From positions 4,109-68,108 of the forward strand of contig JAAETT010000546.1 of assembly GCA_024228115.1 (NCBI GenBank): a stretch of 64,000 bases of DNA, written 5' to 3'. Source of the stretch: a bacterium. GTDB lineage: Bacteria > Myxococcota_A > UBA9160 > UBA6930. The translations under genes and the position numbers were made by a program. Of this stretch, positions 63,999-64,000 are shown one piece after another (the stretch's first letter is position 1; every line of letters begins with the position of its first letter). The notes beneath the pieces are model-generated. The model saw nothing but the letters and a program-made list of their open reading frames with translations, did not search any database and had not been told where the DNA came from.

Positions 63999-64000
63999 TA

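Overview
High-GC bacterial chromosome segment, most likely from a Myxococcota/deltaproteobacteria-like organism. This is inferred from the MglA-type GTPase, DUF4388 and PEGA domains, an ATC-started infC, and the folP-cdaA-cdaR-glmM-pdxJ gene order. Nearly all genes are on the minus strand. Housekeeping blocks, in transcription order, are: tilS-ftsH-folP-cdaA-cdaR-glmM-pdxJ-like-nnr-tsaE-lysC-comEA-like-yihY-iscS-mnmA-rnc-era; a branched-chain acyl-CoA/B12 cluster (3-hydroxyacyl-CoA dehydrogenase, thiolase, HMG-CoA lyase, MerR regulator, icmF, methylmalonyl-CoA mutase, meaB); an orphan mglA-like gene; ribBA; a MoxR/VWA pair; miaB; guaB-guaA-dnaE; and tRNA-Val-thrS-infC-rpmI-rplT-pheS-pheT-ihfA-merR, followed by an ExeA-like ATPase and tRNA-Pro. 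The most interesting observations are: (1) a phage-free module at about 19.2-23.8 kb with a PEP-CTERM surface protein, a Tat-exported DUF6916-like protein, three tandem phage tail-collar paralogues, a GNAT and a second, cytoplasmic DUF6916-like protein; (2) a full-length PdxJ homologue that has lost most of its catalytic residues; (3) a signalling operon of degenerate domains (REC-GAF-GGDEF*-DICT-like; pseudo-REC-DUF4388-pseudo-GTPase; stand-alone cNMP domain); (4) a candidate sRNA of about 140 nt with a promoter, long stem and terminator; (5) a 29-bp tandem duplication over the ftsH start codon. No rRNA, CRISPR array, transposase or integrase was seen. All family assignments come from motif recognition by eye, not from database searches.
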